NCBI GenBank assembly: GCA_030704615.1
Contig: CM060734.1
Span: 23,002,001-23,066,000, forward strand
Source: Takakia lepidozioides
Lineage: Eukaryota > Plantae > Bryophyta
Length of the DNA: 64,000 nucleotides
Reading direction: 5' to 3'
Position 1 is the stretch's first letter, and each line of letters opens with the position of its first letter. The notes under the pieces were generated by a model. The model did not search any database. It was not told the DNA's origin and was given only the letters and a program-made list of their open reading frames with translations. Below, one piece after another: positions 28,001 to 40,641 of this stretch. A program made the translations under genes and the position numbers.

Positions 28001-28119
28001 AACCATTGCAGCACGATTTGCATGTTGAAACGCAAAAGCAGTCACGGGCTGCGCCAGTGATACCAACGGAGTATGGAGCACTTGTCGCTAAGCCGAGCGT
28101 ATATGACCAGGGCGGGTAG
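22025..28119 (+). pseudogene. pol: gag-pol of Gypsy-2 with stops and frameshifts
   Basis: ORFs 22696-25026 (gag+PR), 25430-25987 (RT), 26166-26857 (RH), 26851-28119 (INT); same motifs as Gypsy-1. Confidence 0.95.
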
Positions 28120-28735
28120 TACAAGCGTGACACAGCCTATCACAGCCTAACACAGCATGACACAGTCTATCACAGCCCATCACAGTGCCACACAACCTAT
28201 CACAACTCAACACAGCCTACCGGGGTTACACAGTCCCTAGGATCAATGACAGGTGGACGTGGGTTAACATCCGAAGAATGGCCGGCGGAAAAAGTGGATG
28301 GAGGCAGGTTTAGAAATGGACACGTGGACGCCAGGGCGAGACACACAGCCGGACATGAATTGCAAGAACGGGTGTCATCAAGAAAGAAGACAAAATTGGC
28401 CGTCAAAGTACCTACCCGGTACAGCAACTAATTGTGGGTCTATTAATGCATTCAGTGCCAGGGTAACGGAACCCTTTTCGAGTTCAGAAAAGGGAAACCA
28501 ATGCCACATGTGCTATCCTAGTGGACAGTCCAGGGGGGAAAATCCACGGAAGGGAATTAAATTACAAAACCAATCACAGAGCCAACAGCCAATCATGAGC
28601 CAGAATTACCTGCACAGGGTATTTTCCAAGAAGCAAAATCAAGAATTTAGAGGGATTCTGAGCGTAAGAGTCGGCGTCGTTCCAAGTAACGGGCGTCTCG
28701 ACGGGAGAGACAATCAAAGCTATAGCTTTGACGCT

Positions 28736-31700
28736 ATGGCGGAAATAACAGACTACACACTCGCATTACTACTTACGCAGTGGCACAAGGACGGACGAGC
28801 GGAGAGTACCTTTTCTCTAAATCGATACTTGCAAGCCCCACAGGCTTACAAGCACTTACCCATTTCATTCTGCGCCAACCATACTTTTATGCTTTGTACC
28901 CTGCAGGCGTTTCTTCAGTTGTTGCAACCAAAACCTTTCTGTTTGTCTAGAATAAAGAGAGTGAGAGGAATGGAGGATATCAGGGTGAAAAGCACCACAA
29001 TCTTACAGAAGCAAACGATTGCTACACCACAGGCGGTGCAGCTACTGAAGGAGCTGCGATTGGAGGGATTGCTACGCAAGGACTGGTCCTTGCATCATCG
29101 GCAGTTCATGATACAATTTCTTCAGAACTTTGAGCTTTGGACAGGAGTTACTCAGGTGAGGGGAGTAGATATAGAAATTACTCCCCAGTACCTGCAGCAA
29201 TTGTTTGATTTGCCATCAGGACATGTGGATGTGGATGAGCACAGGGCAAGATTGCAGATAGGGAATTTGTTCCAAGAAGGGAGTTTCTTTAAAACTCAAG
29301 GTTTTGCTTGTACCAAAGCCGAGTACCCAGGGCTTAGGGAAGTTGGCCAAATCTTGAACGTTCTGTTTGCCATGAAACAGAACCAACAGTATTTGAGCAA
29401 GTCCTTCACAGAGGAGATCCTGAAAGCTTTGAGGGGAGAGGATGTCGCTTGGGCGGAGTTAATGTACAATGGATTGGTGGACGAAATGAAGAGGTTACAG
29501 GGCACTGCTGCTAAGTTTCCCATCATTGTGTCCGGACCAGTCATTGCCCAAATAATTCTTGATTCTTGCATACTTGATACTCGGGAACGTAGGGAGATGT
29601 GAGTGTTTGAGGCAGAAACCACTGCAATTGAAGAGCAAGGCTCTTCACACAGTGAGGGTGGACTGACAGCGCAACACCAGTCTAAGAGACAGAGGCGGGG
29701 TAAGACTGTAGTGGCGGATCCACTGGCTTCACGGAAACCGCACGATAATGTTTCCCAAGCTCTTGTGCAGGAAGGGGCACAGCAACATAGAGAGCTGCTA
29801 TTATTGGAAGCAGGGCCTTCAGAGAGGGAAGAGGAAGTCACTTTGATACCACAGCCACAACAACCAATTGACTCTGTTGCATAGTTAGTATATGCTGTAG
29901 CATCACCCCCAATTGTTCTGGAAGGAGAAAGGTTGGACATTCCCACTACAGAGCAGGTCGTGGCCGAAATTGAGAAGGGAGACCTTTTCTATGAAAATTC
30001 TGGCTTGGTAAGGGAAACAGTGATTCCAGAGGTGCAGCGGTTGTCCAGGGGAAACCCGCTGTGCATGTAATATCCACACCTGTGACGGAGGTACCAGGGG
30101 TAGAATATCAAGACACTGCAGCACCTGTGGCGGATGAGGTGGTTCAGGAAGAAAATCTGGTGGGGCAATGGCCTGAATGGTTCGTGAGGCATCACACTGC
30201 TGAGGATCAGGGAGAACAGCAGCAAGCTCACCATGATGACCCTCAGCAGGCCATGCTTATGAGTTCCATAAGCAGGACACTTAATTTGTTGGGCACTTAT
30301 GTGAAATCCCATGTTCCATCTACCCAATTGGCAGCTTTGAGGGAGGAGCTCAGGAAGGAGTTTGAAGCTCACCTTGCCACTGAGTGTGCAAACAAGGTCA
30401 ATGAGGAGGTCACTCTCAAGTTACAGCAAGAGTTAGAGGATACAAAAGCTGCTTTGCAGTTGGCCAAGGAACATTTGATTGAAGCAGGCCTCGCACAGGA
30501 CCAGTTGCACAAAGCACATCAGGAACAGCTATACCAAATGCAGGTGAAGCATGAGAGCAAGTTGCAAGAAGTGAATGCACTACATACGGAGTTGCACACA
30601 GTACATGAGAGGATGGCTATACAATGTGCTACACTCACAACTACTCTTCAGCAAACTACATTAGAAATTAACAGACAAGGAGAGATATCAATGAAGGCAG
30701 AGGCAGAGAATGTCGAGCAGGCGAAACTCATTGTTGATATGAAGAATACAATCTGTCGCAATGAGAATACTTTCAAGCAATACAGACAGGTTGAAGCTGA
30801 CCAAGAGAGGTACATCCTGGAATTGCAACAAACGGTCATGGTAAATAGAAATGAACTCTCTGTGGCTAACAAGGCTCGGAAGGAAGCCAATAATCTGGCT
30901 GCTGCCTATGCGAGTTTGGTTGAACCTCATGCGAAGCGCATGGAGGCTTTACAGTAGCAGTTAGATGTGTACAGGCTCACAGAGGAGCAGACTCTCAGGG
31001 GTGCCACACACAACTTGGTGGATAACCACTTTATGCAGGTCTGGTTAGCACAAGGGCCGATGGAAGGCAAAGCACCACGGAAGCTCACCCAGGGCGAGAT
31101 GAATGAGCTCAGACTGCAGGTGCAGAACATTGCCACAACTACTATAGATAATGTCTATAATAGGATAGCGGAGCTACAAGAGGATGTAAAAGGACTGCAG
31201 ACTCATGTGGATGACCTGACTTCCAATATTGACAAGAGAGTCTTTGTACCTGAGGAGCAGCTGATGGCTACTTATTTACAGGCCAGAACTCTAATTTTTC
31301 AGTCTTCTTCGCAAGGGGTGCAGGAGATGCCAGTGGTGGAAGGGCCAGTGTTACCAATACCACAACAAGTGACTGTGCCAGTAGCTGACCCTGTTGTTAC
31401 AATAGCCACACCACAACCTGAGGTATGGGGGGATGCTGCTTTTAACCCACCTAAGACTCCTGTTGCACAAGAGTATAGTCGAGCTATGATTATGCCCTTC
31501 AACCAAATTCCCATTGTGTTGGATTTGGCTTGGAAGGAATTTAGTCCTCCGCAGTCGTTGGCACATTACTACCAGATTATGCGCATTTGGCTGCCAGTGG
31601 CAACTACGACTAAGGTTCTTCCGAACAATCGACCCATTGAGGATCATCACTTTGCGAGGTACTGGTTTGAAGCAAGTACCATGTTGAAGGAATTAAGTTG

Positions 31701-32477
31701 TACATGGGTACATTTATACCAAGACCAAAAGAGGTAGCAAGTATTGTCATGGGCTGTGGATTATACTATGCTGCTTGTTTTCTGGCACGTTATCACATTG
31801 AGCAGCAGAAGATGCAATCACGATTTCTGAGTTATTCCAGTGGGGATCATTGGGTCTTACCTTCGGTGCCATCTCCTATGTACCTATATGAAGCAAAGGT
31901 TATGATGCAAAAGGATTCCCAACTTCATTCATGGTTTCATTCGGCCTGGAACAATTTGACAACACAGAAATTCGGCCCTGACGATATTTTCTTTAAGGGA
32001 CATGAGGCATGGAAATACTTGCACTGTTCCCAAGTGATTGGCACACCTCTTACCTGCACAAATAAGGAGTTCAGAACGTTCCCTAATTTTGCGCGCCAAC
32101 GCTTGCAACAAGTTGTGCAATTTAAACTTCCAGACATGGTTGGACAACATTGTATGCCACAGAGGATTCCACTTAAAGTTTGGCCGTTAAAACACCTGAG
32201 GGGCGACGAAGACTCTTATACTACTATTTCTTCAGCGGACTCTTTTGACATTGCAAAAGACTACGCAATTCAGATGGCAGAGAAGAAACGATGGGGATCT
32301 CCTATGCCTGAGAGGTTACCACGATATCAGCCAAAGGAGGGGCTGACATTTCCAGGTAGTGCTCAATTATCTCCGTCAACTAGTGATAGGACTCGGGCTC
32401 GCACACGGAGTCCTTCACGAGACTCTCACCGTCAGAAGGGTGCTTGCTCACAAAGGTTTGCTAATCCCAAACAGTAA
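28736..32477 (+). pseudogene. Extra ORF3 of Gypsy-2
   Basis: MAEITDYTLALLLTQWH... colinear with Gypsy-1 ORF3; ends ~20 nt before the PPT. Confidence 0.7.
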
Positions 32478-32516
32478 ACCGTGAGGACACGGCTTTTTGA
32501 GAGGGGGAGGGGTAAA

Positions 32517-33371
32517 TGTTAGAGGGCTGCTTGGGACATAAACGCTTTTACGGGTTCTGTGGGGTACCCTTAATTTTTGCGCAGACTGAGACCAACAGGA
32601 GCCTTAGGGGTGACACGGCCCGACACAGCCACACAGCCCGACACAGCTTGACACAGCCCGCCACAGCTTCGCACAGCCAGTCACAGCCAACACAGCCCAA
32701 CACAGCCCGACACAGCCTTACACAGCCAGTAACGGTTCGACACAGCTCGACACAGCTTGACACAGCTTGTCACATTACATAGGGAACAGTTATCATTGGC
32801 AGGGAACGACTGTGAGGGATGACGGTTAATTAGTTACGTGGTTAGAACAGCTTGGGGGCAGATAAGGAGAGGGGCAACGGAAAGAAGGACACTTCACGGG
32901 GGGGCGCTTCATGGTCATGGAGGAGAGGAGATCAGGCGGAGAGCAAGAACGAGAGCACGGAGTAGGAGGAGAGATGAACAGTAGATGCTTTACTTCATGC
33001 AGAGCTGTAGTGATACTATAGGGCGGATTAGAGTCACTTGACATTGGCCTAGTACCTGATAAATCGTAATCGGATACATATTGGATACAAGCACACTGTG
33101 TAGAGAGACATGAGTGAAGCTATGAAATGAATGCATGATTAACTGGAACTAAGAAGATACTGAAGGAAACTGATGCTTCAGTATCAGATAAGGTAAACTG
33201 ATAACATGAAGGCAAGAAGGAATACAAAGGGGAAGCACAACCATGATTCACTAGCTGCAGGTCATGACTGATTGTACTGAGCGGGCTGAGTGCTTAGAGA
33301 TATCCAACTCTTATATCTTGGAGTTTCCACCTCGGATAACGAAGGGATGGGTGAGTAAACCCCGCTCCACA
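32517..33371 (+). repeat. 3' LTR of Gypsy-2
   Basis: 855 bp; shorter than the 5' LTR through loss of CACAGC repeat copies; followed by TSD GGCAG. Confidence 0.95.
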
Positions 33372-33937
33372 GGCAGTAGTCTACTGCCCGTGATTCACAA
33401 CATGAACATGTGAATAAGAACATTGGCAACAATCTGCTGCCCATCTTTTCACCATATCAGCCAGCTTTATGGTTTTAAAACCAGATTTCCTTAAGGTATG
33501 GAAAAATGACATATAACGTTACACCTGGGCGTTTTTTAGTGGTGCTAAAAAGTATTAAGGCCCACGAGTAGGGAAGGCTTTTCATCATAAGGGATCTGAT
33601 GCTGACATAAGGCATCAACTACAGGTTACCAGTTAACAGGAGTAATGTGCATTGACCGGATCATGTAGAAGGTGTACACACATACTCTAACAGGCTGTTT
33701 TACCCGGGCCTAGCTCATAATATCAGTATGCAAGGAACCCTTAGATGTTCTTCAAGTAATATCAGCGATGCCTTTCTCTCGTTGTCCAATCCGCCAACAA
33801 ATTTTTGTTGGAGAGGATCATCATACCTTATGAGGTATTTGTTGCTCCACACTATTGGTATGGAGGTATAGGGGGCTGATACCCCATGGCTTTCCTAGAC
33901 CCATGCAAAAGCCATTAAAGGTGTTAGTACATCATAG

Positions 33938-35164
33938 TAAGAAAACTGGAAAATGGCAAGTGAGAGAGAGAGAGAGAGAGAGTGTGTGTGTGTGTGTACA
34001 AAAACCACTAAGTACACTGGTCAAGAATAGAGAGGGAAGATACTATGTCTTGTCGGGACATGGACAAGACCAAACAAGGTCTTTGTCAAATTAACGACAA
34101 ATCAGCCTCATAACAAGGCACTATCTAACTTCACCTTCCATAGGCAGTATCTTACCTGATAAAAACTCATGTCATCTTCCTGAAAACACATGAATAATTA
34201 GGGTGGGAGGGTGGGATTTCCAAGACAACCATCACCCTAGATTCAGAATATGTCATTCATCATTGAAGGAGTCTTGTTTTTCTTATAAAACAATCGGGAC
34301 CAACACCACCTTTGGTACATACCACATCAGCATAAACACTTGAGCCTTTAAGAATGAGTTGCAGGTGTTGCAATTCCAAGAGCCCAGCCTGATAATGTAG
34401 ACCAGCCAGCATGCTATGTCTATGTTCCATGAATGCACAAAGGTTTGGATCTGGTTTTCCAATCATCTCTCCAAAACTCAATCAGAGTGGAGTGCTACAA
34501 TGAGCATAATCAGAACTTTATAGACAACACCAACTCAAAGGGTATTCCAAAAGGCTAGTTTGATAAGTTAAACCAGCCCATGTGTATTTTGAAAAAGCCC
34601 AACAAGACCACTGCTTGGTATTCTTCCAAGTCAAGTACTGATTGGTACTTTCCAAGTCAACATAGTAAAACTGAACCTGTTTCAAATTCAAAGGATGGTT
34701 CCAATGGCATCGCTTGGCAACCTTAAAACATGTGTTATGTAATCTGAAAAGCCCATCACGCCAGCTGCTTGGTAATCTCTAAGTTAAAACAGTGTAACCA
34801 GGGCTGTTTTAAATTTAGAACTCTGACCTCAATGTTCAAAAACTACCGCTTGGTACTTACCGTGTTAAATCAGCATAAGACGGCCTATCTTAAGCATCAT
34901 TGGATAGCCTTATAAGGTCTGGAGATAGTACTCCAGCACCATATCAAAATGCAGCCGAAGCTCATACTGGTATCATGCCAGAAAACTGATTTACAATCGG
35001 GTCGAAAACCCCACTAATATGGTGCCAAAGTTCAGACTGGTATCATACTAGAAAACTGACTTATAATCAGGTTACAACCCATAAAAACAAAAAATGATTA
35101 AGGTTGAGAGGCCGAATCATATCAGATGCCCCACTGTAGCAGTATGTAGCGTCAATCATCACCA
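33938..35164 (+). repeat. ~1.2-kb duplicated segment, copy 2
   Basis: Matches 14128-15338; microsatellite is (GA)n(GT)n here. Confidence 0.9.
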
Positions 35165-36210
35165 GAGCTTGCGAGAGGCCTACACTCGGATGAGGCGCTT
35201 GATAAGTATGACCCAAGGGGTCACTGAAGCTCAGGCAGTCCAATTCTGGTATTGAATTTTGGACAAGGAGCTTAGGAGAAGGGTGCGGGATGCAACCCTG
35301 TTACAAGCGGCCCAACCCACCTTAGCATATGTGTTTCTGCTGGCTAGCGGATTGAGTTCAACATGGTGGAAGAGCGTGTAGTGACCATTGGGTTTGGCAA
35401 GGACATGCCACGGGTGTGTCTGCCAACCAACAAACGCAGCACACTGTACCGCAGCATGGTAAGGGGGGCAAGGTTGCCCAACCCAAATTCCATGGAGCTT
35501 ATATGGGACCTCATGTGCAGAGGCCAGTAGCTTCTTTTGCAGGCCAACAGCACCCAAGGGTGGTGTGTTGGACATGTGGAGGACCCCATGTCAAGAAGAA
35601 TTGCCCAAAGAGCGGCAAAAGGCCGGCTCAAACACAGCCTGCACAGTTGAAGTGTGGGCATTGTGGCAAGTATGAGCAGGGAGAGGCCCAATGTTATGAC
35701 TTGCACCCTGAGTTGCGGTGAGGCGAGTTCCAAGGGAACAATGGTGGCCAAGGGCGAGGTGGAGCACCTCAGAGAGGACGAGGTGGTCAGGCACGAGGTA
35801 CAGGATGAGGGGCGCAAGCACAACATGGCCAAGGACGTGGAGGTCAGGGCGTTGACCAAGGCATGGCCAACCGGCTTCAGCAGCTAGAGCAACGGCTTGC
35901 TGCCATGGCCACAGCTCAGGTGGTACCGGCTCTAAGACTTCAGGGTCCACCTCCTATTCCTCCTTAGCAGTGTCATCCTGACGGAGGAGACATGGCAGAC
36001 ATGGGAGGCATGGAATTTATGTGTGGAGCAGCACTCGCAGGATCACTTGTACAGGTGGATTCTGTTGCAGCTGTAACTCGGGGAGCACCACGAGTTCATG
36101 AGCCACAAGACGCAAAGTGGAGTTGGATCCACATCGTGGGGAGGCAAGCCGTCAGGCCAGGCTGCCTCAATCATTCACATTGGCGGAGACAATGTCGACC
36201 CCATCCATGA
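35165..36210 (+). pseudogene. gag: gag fragment of the DNMT-carrying Gypsy family
   Basis: Homologous to ~44386-45350; CWTCGGPHVKKNC and CGHCGKY..GEAQC knuckles; several stops. Confidence 0.85.
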
Positions 36211-37283
36211 CACCTAGTTCTCGCCCGACGGATACTAAGGCGGAGGTTATTGCTCGATGATGAGAGTTGCCGCGTCATTGCTGATGCTGTTGTAAAATCT
36301 CGGGGGACAAATGTTCCTAGTAGTACTAGATGGGTGAGGACGCAACCCAAAGGATGACTTGATCGGCGATAGTAGCAACCCAAGTAAGCGACCTGCCAAA
36401 CAAGATGTGCTTCCAATGTGGATTGCACGTTAAGATACCCCAAAAATGGGGGTTGACAACAACCAGGCCAACGCGTGTTGAACGTGAAGAATGAAGAAAT
36501 GGGTGTCGTGAGGGATTTCTTCCCCAATGGACCAACTCTGGCCGAGATCCAATACCCTCTATACTCCTCGACGATGTCAAGGATGCGCCTTTGCATCAAC
36601 CTGCAAATGACAATCGAGTCCTCCGTCGAGACTTCGCCGGATCGAGTTCCCGAAATGCCTCAAATGACAAATAGAAGCGGTGAGCGTCAATCTGAGTAGT
36701 CATACTGCATCTCCATAAATGCCCTGACGTTAGCACTCTCAGAGGAATCTCAACAATAGTCTACAATACGGGGACTTCAATCCTCATTGATATGTGGTTC
36801 TTCAATAACAACACAATTGATCAAACATATGTTTGCAATATAAGGCAAGGTATAAGCGGCCACAAGGATGAGTATAATTACCGTTACTTCATCCATGAAA
36901 ATGGCGGAGAGATCCCTGACTACTTACTCACCTCCCAGCATACGCACCATTTATATGACAAGCCTTGGACGCGGTCAGGGTGACGACATACTAGCTAGGA
37001 GGGGTCGAGGTGTGTAGCGGAATGGGTTGGGCTAAAAAACCACCCACCCGACTGTGGTTAGTGCAGGGGGTTCCGCGGTAAGCTAGTGGCGGTGTCTAAT
37101 CTATCGTAGAATTCTACCGGCAAAGAAGAGTTTTAACTTCTCATTCATAGGGCGAGCTTGCGTTCCTAAATCCTACGGTTTATTGGCTCCTCCCTAAAGA
37201 GGAGACTACCCATCAGTGTCAAAAAAATATCAACTCCCTGTTACACCTTCCCCAGATAACACCTTTCCTAAATGAACCTCTCC

Positions 37284-38307
37284 TCAAGACCGGACTTGAT
37301 GCACACTGGCCATCACCTTGGCCCGAGAATCACCCATCAATGACACATTCTCCAAGATATATGCCGGAGAATCTGCCTTCTGAAGCTGTAAATAGCGCAG
37401 GACCCTCAACATCTCCCAAAACAGGCGTGACCTCAAGTCTTGTAACCCATTGCCATGCCTGGCTGATGAATGCCTTGGCAGGGCCAACCCGCCGGTACCA
37501 AGTGAATAGGGCCAACCCGCTCCAAATCTTGCGCCCCCAACAAAGAGATGTCTGTTGGCAAGGCTTGCTGGTATCCACGAACTACAGACACTGACAACAA
37601 ATCAGGGTACTGTTGCACCAACTGAGCAACATGGCGTAGTGAGACGCGTCGTGCAGTCTTATCCTTCTCCACATACAGGTAACGCCGAACTCGTACACCT
37701 GTCTGCAACACTGCAGCCAATCCAGTGTTGATCCCGCCAAACAAGTCCAGAAAGCATATGCCTTCATCCGGGCATTGCCACACAATAGGTGTGGTGTCCA
37801 ATGGCGGCAACTGAGGTGGTCTTGGTGCAATCACCGCACTCTCCTCCTCTCATGATGGTACAAAGGCCTCGACCCAGGCTTCTTGTACCCGTCTATCAGC
37901 AACCTGCTGCAAATCCTTGCTCGTGCCCCACAATGGAGTGCGAGCAGCCATGGCTGGCAACTCCACCGTACCATGCATATCATCCTGCTCTGCTGGAGGT
38001 GACACATCCTCTGCATGAGCATTTCCTTCTAGCAACTCTCCAGGCCAACTCACTGCATCTGTGAAGGCTGCTAGTGTCGGCATCTTGCCCCGCTGGGCAG
38101 CTGCAACACCCCCAATGAATGTCACAAGGAGTTGCACACGACGTCCATCTCCTGATTGCCATCCATGCCTATACGAGGCCGACTCCTCCCAAAAATCCAG
38201 GGTGAAGCCCATGGGATAGAATACTGCCCCACCAACCAACACATCATATTAAACTGCGTCCGTCACAATGGCCTTTGGCTCGCATAACTGAGCCATCTGT
38301 AGGATGG
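37284..38307 (-). pseudogene. Inverted fragment of DNMT-Gypsy pol: protease C-terminus, linker and DNMT motifs I-VI
   Basis: FLDLFGGINTG, YVEKD, AGWPCQG, YILENV; reverse-complement homolog of ~45873-46870. Confidence 0.9.
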
Positions 38308-38519
38308 TTCCTTCCAATCATTCCATTAAGGGTAGTGCATTCACTTTCTTCTGCTAGTTGCTCTCCGTATACCTCCGTACCAGGATCACCTATTAATAGA
38401 GACAAGGAATTGACGGCAACAGTCTAGGTAAGTTGTTCTCGCAAGTTTGGAGAGATCTTGCAATTTCAATTGTGGTTTTCATTGTTTACTTTGCTAACTA
38501 AACAAGTGATGTAATGCTC

Positions 38520-39186
38520 CACTACTGCAAAAGGGGGGGATTAGCGATGCCCAACCCCCGCGCCCCATTTCCCATGCGGCGCCCGCGCCGCGGAAGTTTG
38601 CGCGTCGCAGACAATTTTTGTGACGGCTCAGTGGGCCAAGGGACTGCTAATTTGGCCAAGTCCCTAGTTAGTGCGACACCCGGAGCGTCGCATGGTCTGT
38701 CTTGGGGGGCAAAAGCGTCGCTATTATACAGCGACGCTGTTGCCGTCGCTTCAGAAACGACGCCTCAGGCGTCGCAGTGCGACCCAGGGACTGCCATTTT
38801 GGCCAAGTCCATAGCCCAAGCGTCGCAGGGTCAGTCTTTGGGGCCAGAAGCGTCGCTGTTACACTGCGACGCGCCTGCCGTCGCTATCGAGATGACGCCT
38901 CAGCCGTCACACTATGACCTAGCGACTGCCAGTTTGGCCAAGTCCCTGCTTGCGACGCCCTAGGCGTCGTAGGTTCAGTCTTGGGAGAAAAAACGTCGCT
39001 TTTATAAAGCGACTCTTTGGCTTTCGCTATGGAAGTTCCCTTCTGTTGCGACGTCGCAGTATGACCAGGGAAAAGCAGGGGAGTGCCAATTTGGCCAAGT
39101 CATTTTTTTCGACGCCCTAGGCGTCATGGATTTAGTCTTGGGGGTTAAAACGTCGCTTTTTACAAAGCGACACTTGTGATGTCGCA
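38520..39186 (+). mobile_element. CACTA transposon terminus with subterminal repeats
   Basis: CACTACTGCAAAAGGGGGGG start; four repeats anchored on TTTGGCCAAGTC with many GCGACG/CGTCGC motifs; no partner TAGTG end seen. Confidence 0.7.
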
Positions 39187-40206
39187 AAGATCAGTGCAAA
39201 AGATCTCGTGGCCCATTCACACATAATTGTACTTGAAATCCAGGGCTCTGTCCCCCATTGAAGTTTAAAAAAAATGATCGCACGTATTTAAAATTTTAAT
39301 AATTATCTGTGACCAGCAATATTTGGTGGTCGCATGGTATTTATTAAATTGATAAATGTAAGACTAAGTCCAGGTTTGTAGTCCACTTGAGCTGCCACCT
39401 CGTCACTTGGGATAAAAATAAGCTAGTAAAAGTTTTTTAAAAAAAACAATTACATGAGTTAACAATATCCGTTTTGGACGTGACGCGACGCATGTCTGGA
39501 CGTGACGATGACGTAAAAGCGCCACGTCACGTCCGTATGCGCAACTAGGCCGTAATACTAGACTGGTCGGGTTGCAGGCGCCCTTTTTCCAAACCCTAGT
39601 TTGTCTATATCTTGGTATGAACCCGAGTATCGGCCCATCGAAGACCAGGTTGATCTAGTCCCTAACACCAGTATTGGTACCAGGGTCGATACCAAAGCAC
39701 TTTCCAATACCAGATCAACACTGGTTATAAGTCGTTGACTAGTGTTTGAATAATTGTATCATCAACACATGATCAAAATAGCGTTTGATGTAAGTATTAC
39801 AGGGAATTTTTGGTGAAATCGTAGATTTGAGCCAATACTGGATGATCTCATGAAACCTCCAACTATCAACCATGGCGCCATAAGTGTAAAAACGTGGATT
39901 CACATAGAACAAGTTTATCATGTGGAGGTTAAATCTCTTAAAAATTACTGATTATAATACTCGCTCAAACTACAACATAACAAATAAGCTATGAAGAATC
40001 TCTCTAGTACTGAAATGTATGCCTATCAGCCTACAGACAATATATAATGCTAATTGCTGTGACGTACCCCTACGAAGAAGGGACCAAAAATTTTAACTGC
40101 CTGCCTAGTGAGGACTGTGAAGAGCGTTATGGAGAGCCCGGGAAGAGAGGCGATATGATCAGTGATCAAAGTTGAGCTTCAGCAAAGTCTTGCCCTTGAT
40201 GTGCCT

Positions 40207-40641
40207 TGTCAAGTTAAATAAACACAGTGTGAAATTAACTAGAATAAAGCTAGTTATTTGTATTTAACACTTGGATTTAGTTCAAGTGTTAAGTCAGGTG
40301 TGAAGTTTAGGTTGACACCTAAACCATCTTATCTTCACGAGAGCGTCAGTCGTGCGGCTCATCTCTCTCGAGATGAGCCTGCACGACCGAGCTCCTTCAC
40401 TGCTTAGAATCTGAGTGTGCTTATGAAGGGAGAATAGGATATTGTGGGGTGGAGTCCCCATAGCTTGGGATGCCCCTGGCTCGACTCTTAGTTTAACGAG
40501 TGATGGTGATGTATTTCATGTTCTTGTGTCAACAGTGTGATTTTAGTTTTCAATCACTCGAGAGAGATCACGCTATCTAGTTTTCTAGTGCTAAGCTAGA
40601 TATGATGTTTGTTTTAGCACTATTATAATATAACTTGGTAT
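40207..40641 (+). mobile_element. LTR-like repeat (LTR-A) ending in a truncated tRNA-iMet-type PBS
   Basis: Starts TGTCAAG; first ~340 bp repeated at 53394-53734; ends ...ATATAAC-T-TGGTAT. Confidence 0.55.

Larger units (their letters stand above)
20465..33371 (+). mobile_element. Full-length Ty3/Gypsy LTR retrotransposon Gypsy-2 (same family as Gypsy-1, degenerate)
   Basis: LTRs 20465-21416 and 32517-33371; TSD GGCAG (20460-20464, 33372-33376); PBS 21419-21436; PPT 32499-32512; the flanking tandem unit rejoins exactly. Confidence 0.97.

Noticed and set aside
14128-35164. 1.2-kb direct repeats as LTRs of a large element
   Set aside because: No TG...CA ends, PBS, PPT or TSD; boundaries look like truncations
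36171-37270. Minus-strand 142-aa ORF and possible minus-strand PPT plus LTR start (TGTAACAGGG at 37245)
   Set aside because: No second LTR, TSD or recognisable domain; too weak to call
38514-38963. 149-aa ORF
   Set aside because: Lies across CACTA subterminal repeats; repeat-derived
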